A stretch of DNA of 64,000 bases from Cyanobacteriota bacterium (GCA_046045965.1 JBJOKS010000013.1:1-64000); one strand, 5' to 3'. Counted from the stretch's first letter, positions 8,621 to 19,500 are shown. Made by a program: numbers and translations. Notes: generated from the sequence alone by a model not told the origin.

Positions 8621-10480
8621 ATGGTTAACCAACTAGAATTACCAACTATCTGTCACCTTATTGAAAAGGAGAGATTTAATCATCTGCAAAATATTATTTT
8701 TCCTAAAACCGATATTTGTAGTGTTGAAGAACTATTTTTTAGAAGTAATGAACAAGTTTTATTTAACTATGAAAATCAGACCTTAGAACTAAATCAAGGT
8801 GGAGTTGTTAGTTTTGACACCTATTTTAATGCTTTTTATGTGGATAGTTGGAAAGAATACACCAGAGTTAGAACGATAGGTGCTAGTCTCACATTAAAAG
8901 GAAATTTTAAAATTACTATTTACAATATAGACAGATTGGGTGAAACTAAAACCGTATTAGCACAGAAGATCATCAACAATAACAAAATCGAGAAAATCAC
9001 AGTTTTAGAAAACTTCGATATATCCACATATACAGGAATGATATACCTGGAAATCGAAGCATTAGAAAGTATGTGTCAAATTAGCACAGGGTATTTTTGT
9101 ACTTTTACAGAAGCGGATACAAAGATCAAAATTGCAGTTGTTATTTGTACTTACAAAAGGGAAACCTATGTTTATAAAAACATGAAATTATTAGAAGAAT
9201 CTTGCTTAAAACAAAGAGACTATGAAAATATAATCGAAGTATTTATTATTGATAATGGTAATACCTTAGAGCAATTTGATAGTCCTATAATTCATGTAAT
9301 ACCTAATAAAAATGCCGGAGGAAGTGGTGGTTTTGCTAGAGGTATGCTGGAAGTTTTACAGCAGCAACATGAATTTTCACATACTATTCTGATGGATGAT
9401 GATATTCTATTTGATCCAGAAATACTGCAAAGAATCTGGAATTTTTTGAGTTTATCAAATCAAAAAGATATCTGTCTTGGTAGTAGTATGTTGAGATTAG
9501 ATAAAAAATACATACAGCATGAAAAAGGAGCTTATTGGAATAAAAATCAAGGTTTTGTTCCTGTCAAACCCAATATGGATTTGAGAGAATTAAAAGAAAC
9601 TTTATTCAATGAAGTAGATGAATATATTGATTACAGTGGCTGGTGGTTTTTTTGCTTTCCAGTTAATACTATCAAAGATTATGGCTTACCATATCCTTTC
9701 TTTATCAAGATAGATGATGTTGAATTTTGCCGAAGAATAGATAAGAAAATTATAATTCTCAACGGGATCTGTGTTTGGCACGAACCCTTTGAAAATAAAA
9801 AAAATCCATCAATAGAATACTATTTTTTCAGAAATAGTATGATTTATCATAGCCTGTATTTTCAAAAGAAATTTAGTAGCATTAAGGCGATTAAATGGTT
9901 TTTAAAACCATTATTAAAAGAACTATTTTGTTATAGATATGAAACTGCTGAGAACATTATCAAAGCAACTTTTGACTTTCTCCAAGGACCTGATGCTCTA
10001 GTTGCTAAAAATCCAGAAGAAAATCATAAAGATGTTTGTAAATCTCAAGAAAAAACAACTAAAAATTCAGATTTACCATTTGTGTACAAAAAATATATAG
10101 AAAGTCTAGAGAAAAGTGAAAACAAATTACATCGTTTTTTCAGACTTCTAACTCTTAATGGTCATCTTTTACCAAGTTGCTTTTTCTTTGCAGATGACAC
10201 ATTGAGCGATAAGGGATATAGTATTGTTCCATTTGGTAATAGTAGACCTTTAAATGCTTTTCGAGCTAAAAAAGTCTTGTATTACAATTTACAAACCCAA
10301 GAAGGATTTATAGTTAAATTTTCCCGAATTCGGTTTTTTAAAGTGCTAATAAATGCCTTATGGTTAACCTTGGTAATGCTCTTCAAATTACCAAAATTGA
10401 AAACGCTATATATCAACTCATTTTCTGAATTTACCAGTCAAGCTTTTTGGGAAAAGTATCTAGAAATAGAACCAAAATAA
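8621..10480 (+). CDS. GT2 glycosyltransferase, GlfT2-like galactofuranosyltransferase
   Basis: VSFDTYFNAF N-terminal domain, VICTYKR, NAGGSGGFARG, LMDDD, GWWFFCFP, FFIKIDDVEF; adjacent to glf. Confidence 0.82.
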   Translation: MVNQLELPTICHLIEKERFNHLQNIIFPKTDICSVEELFFRSNEQVLFNYENQTLELNQGGVVSFDTYFNAFYVDSWKEYTRVRTIGASLTLKGNFKITIYNIDRLGETKTVLAQKIINNNKIEKITVLENFDISTYTGMIYLEIEALESMCQISTGYFCTFTEADTKIKIAVVICTYKRETYVYKNMKLLEESCLKQRDYENIIEVFIIDNGNTLEQFDSPIIHVIPNKNAGGSGGFARGMLEVLQQQHEFSHTILMDDDILFDPEILQRIWNFLSLSNQKDICLGSSMLRLDKKYIQHEKGAYWNKNQGFVPVKPNMDLRELKETLFNEVDEYIDYSGWWFFCFPVNTIKDYGLPYPFFIKIDDVEFCRRIDKKIIILNGICVWHEPFENKKNPSIEYYFFRNSMIYHSLYFQKKFSSIKAIKWFLKPLLKELFCYRYETAENIIKATFDFLQGPDALVAKNPEENHKDVCKSQEKTTKNSDLPFVYKKYIESLEKSENKLHRFFRLLTLNGHLLPSCFFFADDTLSDKGYSIVPFGNSRPLNAFRAKKVLYYNLQTQEGFIVKFSRIRFFKVLINALWLTLVMLFKLPKLKTLYINSFSEFTSQAFWEKYLEIEPK

Positions 10481-10502
10481 TTAAAATTACCGGAATAAAA
10501 CT

Positions 10503-11612
10503 ATGTATCCTAGAATGTTTGATTTTTTGATTGTTGGTGCTGGGTTTGCAGGTTGTACCCTAGCAAATTGTATAGCTACGCACCTAGATCGCAAAGTTTT
10601 AGTGATTGATACCCGCAATCATATTGGTGGTAATGCTTTCGATTTTTATGACAATGCGGGAGTATTGATTCATAAATATGGAGCGCACATTTTCCATACA
10701 AATAGCAAAAAAATAATTGATTACCTTTCTCATTTTACCCAATGGAGAGTTTATCAACATGAAGTCTTAGCAAAAGTTGATGGTGATTTGTATCCAATTC
10801 CCATTAACCTTAATACTATCAACAAACTATATGGACTAAATCTAAATAGCCAAGAAATTAAAGATTTTTATGAGCAAGTTAGAGAAAAATATGAAAGAAT
10901 TGAAAACTCAGAACAAGCTGTAGTTGGCAAAGTAGGAACTGATTTATACGAGAAATTTTTTAAAAACTACACTTATAAACAGTGGAATTTGTGGCCTCAT
11001 GAATTAGATGCTTCTGTTTGCGCTCGTATTCCTGTAAGAAGCAATAAAGATAACCGTTATTTTGGTGATAAGTATCAACTTATGCCACTAAATGGTTATA
11101 CAAAAATGTTTGAAAAAATGTTGGCAAATCCCAACATTAAAGTTATGCTAAATACTAACTTTCAAGACGTGGAAAAATGGCTGAAGTTTGACCACCTAAT
11201 TTATACTGGACCCATCGATCAATTTTTTGATTATAAATTTGGTAAACTTCCCTATCGCTCATTGCGTTTTGAGTTTGAAACTCATGATGTTGAATATTTC
11301 CAACCAGTTGCTGTTGTCAACTATCCCAACGATTATGATTTTACCAGGATAGTCGAATCTAAACATATTACTGGTCAAAAACATCCAAAAACCACTATTT
11401 ATTATGAATATCCACAAGCAGAAGGAGACCCATATTACCCTGTTCCGCGTCCCGAAAATCGTGAGCTATTTCAACAGTATAAAACTGAAGCAGATAAGCT
11501 GGAAACAGTAACATTTGTTGGCAGATTAGCACAATATCAATATTACAACATGGATCAGGTTATTGCTGCTGCTCTCACGGTATTTGAAAACAGAATTAGT
11601 CAACTTTATTAG
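10503..11612 (+). CDS. glf: UDP-galactopyranose mutase
   Basis: IVGAGFAG, HIGGNAFD, HKYGAHIFHTN, LPYRSL, GRLAQYQYYNMDQ. Confidence 0.96.
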   Translation: MYPRMFDFLIVGAGFAGCTLANCIATHLDRKVLVIDTRNHIGGNAFDFYDNAGVLIHKYGAHIFHTNSKKIIDYLSHFTQWRVYQHEVLAKVDGDLYPIPINLNTINKLYGLNLNSQEIKDFYEQVREKYERIENSEQAVVGKVGTDLYEKFFKNYTYKQWNLWPHELDASVCARIPVRSNKDNRYFGDKYQLMPLNGYTKMFEKMLANPNIKVMLNTNFQDVEKWLKFDHLIYTGPIDQFFDYKFGKLPYRSLRFEFETHDVEYFQPVAVVNYPNDYDFTRIVESKHITGQKHPKTTIYYEYPQAEGDPYYPVPRPENRELFQQYKTEADKLETVTFVGRLAQYQYYNMDQVIAAALTVFENRISQLY

Positions 11613-11646
11613 ATTTTATCAACCATAATTAGACAGGAATATTACC

Positions 11647-12561
11647 ATGTTTTATACATCATTTGCACAAAAATTACCCAAGTCTCTTATTGCTTTGATT
11701 CGTGAGCGAGATACAGCATTCAAAAAATTAATGAGTTCCTATGAAAAGCTAAAAATTGAATCAAAAAGAATTAAAAAGCTTTATAAACTTTTAAAATCAC
11801 AAGCTCAAGATTTACCAGCAGAACTTCCAAACAAAAAGCTTCCAGATAGCCTAGATTTAATTAATAAAAAAGCACTAGAATATGATTTAGAAAAGGGTAG
11901 AATTGTTATTGGATCAATCTTATCTGCTTCCCAAGAAGAATTAGCAAACAGAGATTTTTTATTAGATAAAATCAAAACCTATGGTTGTGCATATCAAGGA
12001 TGGGAACTTTATTCTCCTTATCAGGAATATCTCAATGCTTCTGATTATGGGCCGCTACAAATTCCCACAGAATTAGCAGATTTTTTAATTTATGTTATTC
12101 AGAAAAAACCCGCATCATTTCTAGAAATTGGTGTGATGTATGGAGGATTTTCAGTGTTATGCTGTGCGGTTTTATCTAAATTCAACACAAATTTTAAATA
12201 TACCTGTCTTGATATAGAAGATAACTTTAGAGACTGGGAGTATTTTTCATCTATTTTACCTTTAGAAAAAGCTATTCCTGCTACATCTGCTGATTTCATT
12301 GGTAAAAAATTCGATGTTGTTTATATTGATGCAGATCATTCATATCATGGCATGAAAAGAGATTTCTTGAATGTAGGTCGTTATGCAAAAGTTTGTGCTT
12401 TTCATGATATTAATGCTTCTGAATATGATCACTTAGATGGTGGAACTAGAAGATGTTGGAATGAACTCAAATTATCATACTGTCAGTCAGCTTCAATTTT
12501 GGAAATTAGTCATATTGCTGAGGAGTGGATGGGTATTGGTATTATCGATTTTAATAAATGA
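11647..12561 (+). CDS. Class I SAM-dependent methyltransferase (Methyltransf_24-like) with N-terminal coiled-coil-like segment
   Basis: FLEIGVMYGG, FDVVYIDADHSY and AFHDI motifs. Confidence 0.8.
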   Translation: MFYTSFAQKLPKSLIALIRERDTAFKKLMSSYEKLKIESKRIKKLYKLLKSQAQDLPAELPNKKLPDSLDLINKKALEYDLEKGRIVIGSILSASQEELANRDFLLDKIKTYGCAYQGWELYSPYQEYLNASDYGPLQIPTELADFLIYVIQKKPASFLEIGVMYGGFSVLCCAVLSKFNTNFKYTCLDIEDNFRDWEYFSSILPLEKAIPATSADFIGKKFDVVYIDADHSYHGMKRDFLNVGRYAKVCAFHDINASEYDHLDGGTRRCWNELKLSYCQSASILEISHIAEEWMGIGIIDFNK

Positions 12562-12564
12562 TTT

Positions 12565-13866
12565 ATGCAAGTTATTAAAGTCGCAGCTATCATTGTCACT
12601 TGGAACAAAATTAAAGATGTTTGTTCGCTAATTGAAGACACTAATAAACTTGATTTAAATGGGATATATCTGGATATTTTTGTTGTTGATAATGCTTCAT
12701 CTGATGGTACACAAGCTTATCTAGAAGAACATTATCCCCAAATTCAAGTTTTACAAACAGGTGAAAATATTGGTGGTTCAGGAGGTTTTTCTCATGGAAT
12801 GAAGTTTCTAAGTAACCTGAATTATGATTACATCTGGTTACTAGATAATGATGTGAGATTAGATTATCAAGCTTTACTTCCTTTAGTAGAAACCTTAGAA
12901 AAGTACGCGGGAGTTGGTTTGGTAGGTTCTCAAATTAGAAAATTAGAACAACCGGAGATTATTCAAGAAATAGGTAGTTATGTTAATGAAGAAAAAGCAC
13001 ATTTAAAAACTTACTTGGGTAATTCACCCATTAAATCTACAGCAGAAATTTTAGCAGGAAAACCCTATCTAGTTGTAGATGTTTGTGCAGCAGCTTCATT
13101 ATTATTTAGACGGGAAATAATTAACCAAATTGGAGTATTTGAAAATTACTTTCTCCACTTTGATGATGTGGAATGGTGTTCAAGAGCAAAACAAGCTGGT
13201 TGGGTGGTTGCTGCTCATCCTGCTTCTATAGTTTGGCATTCTTCACCTGATTTTAAACAGCGTCCTTGGATTAGTTATTATGATGAACGTAATCTCTGTT
13301 ATTGTTGGCAAAAATACAAACCAGAACTGTTGTTAAAACGTCTGCAATTATTATTTCCAAAATTAATTTACTACTCATTAACTGGGCGTTATTTTTGGGC
13401 AGAAATTTACTTACAAGGATTGACAGATTTCCTTCAAGGAATTAACGGTAAAATGACTGCTATATTGCCATATCAAGAAGATGATTTAGCGGCAATTATT
13501 CAGACTGATAGCAAAATCTTAGTGCAATCTTCCATATATCAAGATATCTGTCAATTTAAAGATTTACATATAGAGCAAAAATTTATTCTTTGGTATCCAC
13601 CCAAAAGGTTATTATTGAGGGTTTACATTTGGTTAGTATCTTGGTTTTTTAAACCTGTAGATTTGGTAATAGTTAGCTGCTATCAACCAGAACTTTTTTA
13701 TTTTAATCTAGCCAAAAAAGTTTATTTCTTTAGTGGTGCTGGTTACGTACAGGTAAATTTGAATTTAATGAATGTGCTGTTTAAAAGTCTGCAAGTATTT
13801 TATCGGTTGTTGAAAATATATTTGCAGATGAGCATTGTGGTAAATAAATCAGTAGCTGCAAAATAA
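12565..13866 (+). CDS. GT2 glycosyltransferase
   Basis: IIVTWN, VVDNASSDGT, NIGGSGGF, WLLDND, FLHFDDVEWCxRA. Confidence 0.9.
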   Translation: MQVIKVAAIIVTWNKIKDVCSLIEDTNKLDLNGIYLDIFVVDNASSDGTQAYLEEHYPQIQVLQTGENIGGSGGFSHGMKFLSNLNYDYIWLLDNDVRLDYQALLPLVETLEKYAGVGLVGSQIRKLEQPEIIQEIGSYVNEEKAHLKTYLGNSPIKSTAEILAGKPYLVVDVCAAASLLFRREIINQIGVFENYFLHFDDVEWCSRAKQAGWVVAAHPASIVWHSSPDFKQRPWISYYDERNLCYCWQKYKPELLLKRLQLLFPKLIYYSLTGRYFWAEIYLQGLTDFLQGINGKMTAILPYQEDDLAAIIQTDSKILVQSSIYQDICQFKDLHIEQKFILWYPPKRLLLRVYIWLVSWFFKPVDLVIVSCYQPELFYFNLAKKVYFFSGAGYVQVNLNLMNVLFKSLQVFYRLLKIYLQMSIVVNKSVAAK

Positions 13867-13901
13867 CATCTCTCTTCACAATATTGGAAATAATTGCAAC
13901 T

Positions 13902-14891
13902 ATGTCAAACACAACTGTCTTGATATCTATAGTTATTTGTACCGCAGATCGTTCTGCTTCTTTGCAAAAAACCCTGAAATCTTTAAATCACCTCAATTAT
14001 AATTATTTTGAAGTTATTGTTGTAGATTCTTCTGATGATGGAAGTACATTAAAAATAATAAATTCTATCCAAAATAATTTAACTTTTAGCATCAAAATAT
14101 TGACATCAAAACCTAAAAACATTAGTATTTCTAGAAATATAGGAATCCAAAAATCATCAGGAAAGATTATTGCTTTTATAGATGATGATGCGATTCCGCC
14201 CACTGATTGGTTAGATCAATTAATATCAACCTATACTTTATATGGTGATAAATGCGCTGGGGTTGGTGGTACAGTCAGAGATATGACAAAAGCTGGTTAT
14301 CCTTTACAATATCATCAAGGTATTACCAATCTTATTAGTAATACAATTTCTATTCGTTCAGAAAATGTAATTAACTATAATCACAAACAGGGTTTTTGGT
14401 ATAATGGATTAATGGGTACAAACTCATCTTACCGTAAAGAATTACTGAAAAAAATTAATGGTTATGATGAATTTTTTGAATATTTTTTAGATGAAACAGA
14501 TGTTTGTTTGCGATTAATTCAAGCTGGATATGAAATTCACTATTGTGATACTGTTGTAGATCATTATCCTCAACCTAGTCATAACCGTTATGATCAAAAA
14601 CATCTAACTTGTTGGTATTCTTTAGCAAAAAATTCTACTTATTTTGCTTTAAAACACGCTTATAAAAAAATTCCTGTTCCCATTTTGATTATACGTCTAA
14701 CTCTACTTTTAATTTATCGTTGTTTACTGCGGATTATTAGGCTTAAATTTACCCATCGTCTCAGTAATGGGATTTTATGGCAATATATCCAAGAAGCTTT
14801 TAAAGGTGTGCGTGTAGGTTGGAGTGCTGGTATTGCTTTGCATTACGGAAATAATGAGAAAATTATTAACAAGAATCGTATTAGTTTATAA
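13902..14891 (+). CDS. GT2 glycosyltransferase
   Basis: ISIVICTADR, IAFIDDDA, GYDEFFEYFLDETDVCLRL. Confidence 0.9.
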   Translation: MSNTTVLISIVICTADRSASLQKTLKSLNHLNYNYFEVIVVDSSDDGSTLKIINSIQNNLTFSIKILTSKPKNISISRNIGIQKSSGKIIAFIDDDAIPPTDWLDQLISTYTLYGDKCAGVGGTVRDMTKAGYPLQYHQGITNLISNTISIRSENVINYNHKQGFWYNGLMGTNSSYRKELLKKINGYDEFFEYFLDETDVCLRLIQAGYEIHYCDTVVDHYPQPSHNRYDQKHLTCWYSLAKNSTYFALKHAYKKIPVPILIIRLTLLLIYRCLLRIIRLKFTHRLSNGILWQYIQEAFKGVRVGWSAGIALHYGNNEKIINKNRISL

Positions 14892-14926
14892 TGGATCAAA
14901 GATTGTAACTGATCCAAGTAAAATCT

Positions 14927-15652
14927 ATGGCTTTAACCGCACACGAAATAGAAGCATTAATGCCAGATTGCAGCGAACTACTTAGCGATGAGCCAGAAAT
15001 GGAAAGCTCCTTACATTATACACAACTATTAATATTAGTAACTTGTTTAGAATGGTTGTGGAGAGATAGAGAAGATTTCTTTATCGGAGCAAATCTTAGC
15101 ATCTACTATAGCCGTCAACAGTTAAAAAATCGAGACTTTAGAGGACCCGACTTTTTTCTAGTCAAAGACACGGAAAAACGCCCTCGTGCTTCTTGGGTAA
15201 TATGGGAAGAAGACGGTAGATATCCCAATTTAATTATTGAATTACTGTCTGATTCTACGGCTAAAGTGGATAGGGGATTAAAAAAAGAGTTGTACCAAAA
15301 CCGATTTAGAACACCTGAGTATTTTTGGTTTTCACCTAATACTTTAGAATTGGTAGGGTGGCGACTAGTAGGCAATGAATATGAAAGTATTACTCCTTCC
15401 GAAAATGGCAGGTATTGGAGTCAAGAATTAGGATTGTATTTAGGAGTGTTTGAAAGTAGATTAAGGTATTTTAGCGTTGAGGGGCGATTAATACCTACAC
15501 CCGAAGAAGCAAATTTAGAAGAAATCAGAAAAGCTGAAATTGCTTACAGAAAAGCCGAAGCCGAAAAACAAAGGGCTGAAGAGGCAGAAGCTAAAGCAGC
15601 TATTTTAGCTCAGAGGTTAAGAGATTTAGGTATTGATCCTGAGAGTTTGTAA
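14927..15652 (+). CDS. Uma2 (DUF820) family putative endonuclease
   Basis: SDEPEMESSLH, FRGPDFF, PNLIIELLSDST, PEYFWFSP; tail LRDLGIDPESL. Confidence 0.9.
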   Translation: MALTAHEIEALMPDCSELLSDEPEMESSLHYTQLLILVTCLEWLWRDREDFFIGANLSIYYSRQQLKNRDFRGPDFFLVKDTEKRPRASWVIWEEDGRYPNLIIELLSDSTAKVDRGLKKELYQNRFRTPEYFWFSPNTLELVGWRLVGNEYESITPSENGRYWSQELGLYLGVFESRLRYFSVEGRLIPTPEEANLEEIRKAEIAYRKAEAEKQRAEEAEAKAAILAQRLRDLGIDPESL

Positions 15653-15658
15653 GTAACC

Positions 15659-15688
15659 AGATCCCTAATGATCAAAAATTAGGGATCT
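15659..15688. terminator. Hairpin between convergent genes
   Basis: agatccctaat-N8-attagggatct perfect 11-bp stem. Confidence 0.6.
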
Positions 15689-15746
15689 ATTTCCTGAGTA
15701 GTTTAGGTCTGAGGATTCATCAAGATACCCAAATCAAAGAAAGTTA

Positions 15747-16862
15747 TCAAACTGCATTTTTGTTGATTACTTTTAGGAGTTGGTAAACTAATTCATCCCA
15801 AGAGTAGATTTGCTCAGTGTGAATTTTAGAATGTTCATAAGTTTTCGCAGAAAGTAAAGCATTGCGAATACTATTAACATCTCCTGGGTGATAATAAAAA
15901 ACATGAGGTTTTGAAGATGATAAATATTCTGGAGCAATAATAGGTAATTGACAGTAAGTATATTGAATCATTTTCAGGCTATCAGTAAAAGACTCACTGC
16001 CATTACTATAGACCAGTGTCTGAAGAGCGATATCTGCATATTTTAAATAAGGTATAGTAGCTATAAACGGTAATTCTCCATAGGAAATAATATTTTTCCT
16101 TGCAGGTAAGTTTTTAATTGGTCCAATAATATGAAATTGCCAATGAGGGAATAATTGACTGGCTTGATCTAAAAAATCTAGATCAAAATAAGAATTACCT
16201 ACAAATATGATATTTGGATGATTTACAGTGGGATAAGGATTAGCATATTCTTGAGCAAATAAATCTTTACGAATACCATGAAAATGCAATTCCAAATTCG
16301 TTAAGTGATCAAAATTACGATAAATATATTGACTAGGAACACTAACTAAATCAAATTGAGGTGTTATTCGCTGTTCAGTTTCTAAGACAACAGGATGATT
16401 ATTTAATAATCGCAGATCATCAGAAACACGATAGATAAACTTAGCACTGGGATTGATGCGTTTAAAGCTTTCAAATAACAGAATTGCCGGGGTACTTTCA
16501 AAGATAAAAAGGTCAGCATCCTTAATCATGGATGCTACTGGTCCTAGAGGCAACTGACCATAAAGACGGAACAAACCATGACTTAAGGAGTTAAGTACAT
16601 TCAAACGCAGATTAGCTGGATGCCACATAGTAAACCAAATATAGCTCCATAAATTGCTTTCTACCTGTTGAAGTTTGTTAGCCTCTTGGAATATAGGATA
16701 GTCTAGCCTGTAGTCTTGACGAATTACAGATAGCCAACTTAGGGGTGCGGTGAAAAATACCACTTCCCAACCTTGACGCAAAAAAGCATCAGCTAACCAG
16801 TGAAAGCCAGCCTTGCGTTTAGAGTTCCAGTAGTGGCCAGTAATCAAAACTACACGCTTCAT
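15747..16862 (-). CDS. GumK-like (GT-B) glucuronosyltransferase-family glycosyltransferase
   Basis: HYWNSKRKAGFHWLADA, IFEST, IYRVSDDL, SLKMIQYTYCQLPIIAP resemble GumK/GT70. Confidence 0.72.
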   Translation of the reverse strand: MKRVVLITGHYWNSKRKAGFHWLADAFLRQGWEVVFFTAPLSWLSVIRQDYRLDYPIFQEANKLQQVESNLWSYIWFTMWHPANLRLNVLNSLSHGLFRLYGQLPLGPVASMIKDADLFIFESTPAILLFESFKRINPSAKFIYRVSDDLRLLNNHPVVLETEQRITPQFDLVSVPSQYIYRNFDHLTNLELHFHGIRKDLFAQEYANPYPTVNHPNIIFVGNSYFDLDFLDQASQLFPHWQFHIIGPIKNLPARKNIISYGELPFIATIPYLKYADIALQTLVYSNGSESFTDSLKMIQYTYCQLPIIAPEYLSSSKPHVFYYHPGDVNSIRNALLSAKTYEHSKIHTEQIYSWDELVYQLLKVINKNAV

Positions 16863-17011
16863 AAATTAATGAGATGTCACAAAACTGCTAAACTATATAA
16901 CCTAGTCAATTAAATAATTACTGGTATAGAGTTTGCACTGCTCGAAACCTGTCAAAATTATCTAAAGCTTGAGTATATCTTGAGTTTAGATTTATAGATA
17001 CATTGTTCTTA

Positions 17012-17128
17012 GAGGTTGTTTGAAAACTTTTTCGTGTGGGATTTGACACCCGCAGATCCCCCTAAATCCCCCTTTGTAAGGGGCGTTGGGGGTATCTCGA
17101 TTAATTCTGATACTTTTCAAACACCCTC
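17012..17128. mobile_element. MITE (non-autonomous, IS5-like ends) with TTA target duplication
   Basis: TIRs gaggttgtttgaaaa / ttttcaaacaccctc (14/15), flanked by TTA on both sides (17009-11, 17129-31); internal GC-rich palindrome. Confidence 0.8.
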
Positions 17129-17198
17129 TTAGAAATACTTTTTATCTAGCGTAGTCACTATGACACCTGCTCTATACAAGATTATGTAGACTGAAAAT

Positions 17199-18527
17199 AT
17201 GACTGATCACCCTGAAACTTTAGTTAAATTAAAACAAAAAATTAGCGACCATACAGCCATTGTTGGGGTTGTCGGTCTGGGATATGTAGGTTTACCATTT
17301 GCGGTGGAAAAAGCCAAAGTTGGCTATCATGTCCTGGGAATTGAGCAAAACCCGCGCAGAGTTGAACGAGTCAACATAGCAGACAATTACATCACAGATG
17401 TTCAAGATGAAGACTTAAAAAGAGTTGTCAGCAGTGGCAAACTACAAGCAATTGCCGATTTTGAAAGGGTTGCGGAGAGTGATGTCATTGTCATTTGTGT
17501 TCCCACTCCCCTAACTAAAAATTTGACTCCAAATTTGAGCTACGTTGAAAATGTGACTCATGCTATTGCTAAACGTTTGCGACCTGGACAGTTGGTAACT
17601 TTAGAATCAACCACTTACCCTGGAACTACGGATGAGGTAATGCGCCCTGTTCTAGAGCAAATTAGTGGTTTAAAGCAAGGAAAAGATTTCTTTTTAGCCC
17701 ATTCTCCAGAACGGGTAGATCCAGGCAATAAGCGTTACACTACCAAAAATACTAATAAGGTAGTAGGAGCATCAGATCCATATTCCCTGGAAGTTTCCCA
17801 ATTATTTTATGAGCAGACTATTGATCATGTAGTACCTGTCAGTAGTGCTAAAGCAGCTGAACTGGTGAAGGTGTTTGAGAATACCTTTCGCGCTGTAAAT
17901 ATTGCTTTAGTGAATGAGTTAGCTTTATTATGCGATCGTCTCAATCTCAACGTCTGGGAAGTGCTAGATGCTGCCAACACCAAACCTTTTGGCATTATGC
18001 CTTTCTATCCAGGACCAGGGGTAGGTGGTCACTGTATCCCCATTGACCCTCATTACTTGGAATGGAAAGCTAAGGAAGTTAACTTTAATACCCATTTCAT
18101 TGCTTTAGCAGGGGAAATTAATCGCTCCATGCCTCTATTTGTTAGGGAAAAAACCCGCAGAGCATTAAATAATTTAGGTATTGCTCCCGCTAAATCAAAG
18201 GTGCTGCTCATTGGTGTGGCGTATAAAAAAGATTTAGGTGATTGGCGGGAATCTCCAGCTTTGATGGTAATTAATTACCTCTTAGAAGATAAAATCACAA
18301 TTAGCTATCATGACCCCTATGTGCCAAAAATTGAGGTACAAGGCAAAACTTACTCTAGTGTAGAGCTAACAGATGAAAAAATTAGCTCGGCTGACTTGGT
18401 AATTATTACTACTGACCACAGTCAGATAGATTACATGAATTTGGTAGCTAAGTCCAAATCGGTTCTAGATACTAGGGGTGTAACTCGTCATCTTGATTGC
18501 GCCCATGATAAAGTAACTCTGTTGTAG
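17199..18527 (+). CDS. wbpA: UDP-N-acetylglucosamine 6-dehydrogenase (WbpA/WlbA-pathway nucleotide-sugar dehydrogenase)
   Basis: GLGYVGLP, ICVPTP, ESTTYPGTT, SPERVDPGN, GVGGHCIPIDP; first gene of a wbpABDE-like run. Confidence 0.85.
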   Translation: MTDHPETLVKLKQKISDHTAIVGVVGLGYVGLPFAVEKAKVGYHVLGIEQNPRRVERVNIADNYITDVQDEDLKRVVSSGKLQAIADFERVAESDVIVICVPTPLTKNLTPNLSYVENVTHAIAKRLRPGQLVTLESTTYPGTTDEVMRPVLEQISGLKQGKDFFLAHSPERVDPGNKRYTTKNTNKVVGASDPYSLEVSQLFYEQTIDHVVPVSSAKAAELVKVFENTFRAVNIALVNELALLCDRLNLNVWEVLDAANTKPFGIMPFYPGPGVGGHCIPIDPHYLEWKAKEVNFNTHFIALAGEINRSMPLFVREKTRRALNNLGIAPAKSKVLLIGVAYKKDLGDWRESPALMVINYLLEDKITISYHDPYVPKIEVQGKTYSSVELTDEKISSADLVIITTDHSQIDYMNLVAKSKSVLDTRGVTRHLDCAHDKVTLL

Positions 18528-18537
18528 GAATGGGTAA

Positions 18538-19500
18538 GTGGTGACAGATTTGAGCGAAAAATCAGTAATTGTTGTTGGTGCTGGGAACTGGGGTAAAAAC
18601 TTAGTGCGGAATTTTCACGCATTAGGAGCATTACAGGGTGTAGCAGAAACTCATCCTGGACTGAGAGAAACAATAGCTACAACTTATCCAGATATTAGTA
18701 TTTATGCTGATTTTCAAGCTGCATTAGCAACAGATATACCAGCTGTTGTTATAGGAACTCCTGCACCTACTCATTATCAACTAGCAATGGCGGCTTTGGC
18801 TGCTGGTAAGGATGTATTTGTAGAAAAGCCGATGACCCTGCGAACCGATGAAGCTAGAAAACTGGCTGAATATGCAGATCAGCAGGGTAGGATTTTGATG
18901 GTTGGACATTTGTTATTGTATCAAAGTGCGATCGCTTGGATACGTGATTATTTAGCCACTGGTAAAGCGGGTAAAGTGCTGCACGTAGCTACTCAAAGAA
19001 TGAAATTAGGCAAGGTACGCACAGAAGAAAATGTGTGGTGGTCTTTTGCACCCCATGATGTTTCAGTGGTTTTAGACCTATTGGGAAACCCCAAACTAGA
19101 AAAAGTTCAAGCCCAAGGTAAAGCGATTTTACAGCCAGAAATAGCTGATTTTGTCCAAGCTGATTTAAGTTTTCAAACAGGTCAATCTGCTCAAATTAGT
19201 TGTTCTTGGTATTGGCCATTAACTCAGCGCAGCACTGTAGTTATTGCCCAAAAACAAATGCTAGTTTACGATGAGGTACAACAAACTGTTACTATTCATC
19301 ATAAATATATTGATAAAAATTTACAACATTATGACCAAGGCAGCGAAGTTGTGGAAGTGGCAGCTTCAGAACCATTAAAAATTGAATGTCAACATTTTTT
19401 AGAATGTGTAAAAACTCGACAAAAACCCCGTTCTAATGGTTGGAATGGTGTAGCAGTTGTAGAAATTTTAGAGGAGGTAGAGAAATTCCTGCATGACTAA
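18538..19500 (+). CDS. wbpB: Gfo/Idh/MocA oxidoreductase, WbpB-like UDP-GlcNAcA 3-dehydrogenase
   Basis: [25 protein letters not shown]; gene context. Confidence 0.75.
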   Translation: MVTDLSEKSVIVVGAGNWGKNLVRNFHALGALQGVAETHPGLRETIATTYPDISIYADFQAALATDIPAVVIGTPAPTHYQLAMAALAAGKDVFVEKPMTLRTDEARKLAEYADQQGRILMVGHLLLYQSAIAWIRDYLATGKAGKVLHVATQRMKLGKVRTEENVWWSFAPHDVSVVLDLLGNPKLEKVQAQGKAILQPEIADFVQADLSFQTGQSAQISCSWYWPLTQRSTVVIAQKQMLVYDEVQQTVTIHHKYIDKNLQHYDQGSEVVEVAASEPLKIECQHFLECVKTRQKPRSNGWNGVAVVEILEEVEKFLHD

